A stretch of DNA of 64,000 bases, taken from the NCBI GenBank assembly GCA_002269645.1, contig NIVC01003240.1, forward strand, positions 1 to 64,000. Direction: 5' to 3'. Made by a program: the position numbers and the translations under genes. This document shows, piece after piece, positions 62,817 through 64,000 of this stretch; position 1 is the stretch's first letter; each line of letters opens with the position of its first letter. The notes beneath the pieces are model-generated. The model was not told where the DNA came from. It searched no databases and was given only the letters and a program-made list of their open reading frames with translations. This DNA comes from Macrostomum lignano (taxonomy: Eukaryota).

Positions 62817-63620
62817 TCAGTCTTAAGTCTTAAATTCGTTTATTTTTGAACCGGTAAAACTCCCCCCCCCTTGGATCAAAACTCAGCAGACATGCCTTAT
62901 TTAATTAGCCTGCTTGTAGAATTAGGCACAGACAAATTTTGCAGCTTTAAAAGCTTAAAATTTCGCTTAAAAGTAGATAAATTGTAATTTTACTTTTATA
63001 AAGGCAAAAACGCTAATTTTGCTACTGAAAAAAGAGTAGAGAAACGCGTTTTTTGCGAGTGACACATCCTAGTTATTCTAGTATCTGTGAGTCACTCCAG
63101 TTGTTTTTTCTGCACGTTGCGGCAAAAATTTTTCAGCTAAACTGAAGTCACGTGACCAAATATAGTACAAGAATTACCTGCAAAACTTAGAATGAAATTC
63201 TAAGATATTAATACCCGGATGTTGTAAAAAAACAATTCTGGAGTTGCCCAGTATATTCAGTTTTGCAGGATAGAACAGAAGATAAAAGGTAGTTATTATG
63301 GAGGGGGTGACATAGCTAGTGCAGTCTGAACCGCACTGGCGTACACTGCAGCGTACATGCCTACATATGCACACAGGTTTGCAGCACTCAGAAGACTCGG
63401 CCACATATAGCCTGCTGTTTACGACACTCAGCGCACACAAGCCTTCCCTATTTACACTCGCTAACTGCGGAATAAGGAAGCAAGTAGTTCAGCTTTATTG
63501 CAATAATAGACTATATCAGGCACATACCAAAGACTTTTCCTAAGCATCTAGACAAGAGCACGAAGGGACTGATTCTACCACAAATTAAAACTGAGCTACT
63601 CTTACACAGACGAGTCTGCT

Positions 63621-64000
63621 ATGAATTTGCCAGCACTGCGTTTGGCAGCTCGGTGCGGCGACTGCCAGCAGCTGCAGGCTGGACTTCAACAGCAGCAGCA
63701 GCCGCATCCGCTAGGAGCCAATGACCCAAGAAGGCAGCAGCTGCTGGCGTCGCTACTTGCCGCCGCGGCCGCCTGGGGTCACCTGCCGGCCGTTCGACTT
63801 CTGCTGAGCGCCGGCGCCACCGTCTGCGAGGCTAGCGGCGTTGTGGTCAGTGACTCGAGCAGAGTCAATGCGAGCCCGGACTGCCAGTGCTGGACCGGCG
63901 CCTCCGCTCTGCACTGGGCCGTCAGGCGGGGACACGCCGACGTGGTGAGGGAGCTGCTGTCGCGGAGCACCGTCGGCGCCAGGCTGATCAACTGTCGTGA
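63621..64000 (+). CDS. Ankyrin-repeat protein, 5' partial (runs off the window)
   Basis: Open frame MNLPALRLAARCGD...AAAWGHLPAVRLLLSAGA...TGASALHWAVRRGHADVVRELLS...INCR(D) with no stop before the window end. An acceptor at 63608-63609 means this could be an internal exon. Confidence 0.8.
   Translation, partial: MNLPALRLAARCGDCQQLQAGLQQQQQPHPLGANDPRRQQLLASLLAAAAAWGHLPAVRLLLSAGATVCEASGVVVSDSSRVNASPDCQCWTGASALHWAVRRGHADVVRELLSRSTVGARLINCR

Overview
Eukaryotic, repeat-dense genomic DNA. GC-rich exons with poly-Q/A/S runs sit among very long microsatellites and 15-57 bp minisatellites. The style suggests a free-living flatworm such as Macrostomum, which is inference only. Most ORFs in the supplied track are translations of tandem repeats. 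Gene content I can support: (1) a Q-rich 3' terminal exon at 9853-10253 (+), with a possible upstream exon at 1-185; (2) a RING + NHL-like beta-propeller gene at 21177-23067 (-) ending in a polybasic tract plus a CaaX box; (3) an ~11-exon minus-strand gene at 30137-39814, reconstructed by hand, with only the spectrin-repeat/SH3 core of a plakin domain followed by six 54-aa TQT/AQT-containing repeats; (4) the splicing factor YJU2/CCDC94 at 46479-48781 (+); (5) an intronless divergent class A GPCR at 53794-54837 (-); (6) the start of an ankyrin-repeat gene at 63621 (+), running off the window. Mobile DNA: a tRNA-derived SINE, decayed KDZ and EnSpm/CACTA-like transposase remnants in a strongly CpG-depleted block, a hAT-type MITE, and several inverted-repeat non-autonomous elements. 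The most unusual observations are the truncated plakin with novel repeats, the apparently prenylated RING-NHL ligase (possibly splice-linked to the plakin gene), and the sharply bounded CpG desert over the transposon remnants. No CRISPR array, rRNA gene or bona fide tRNA gene was found.
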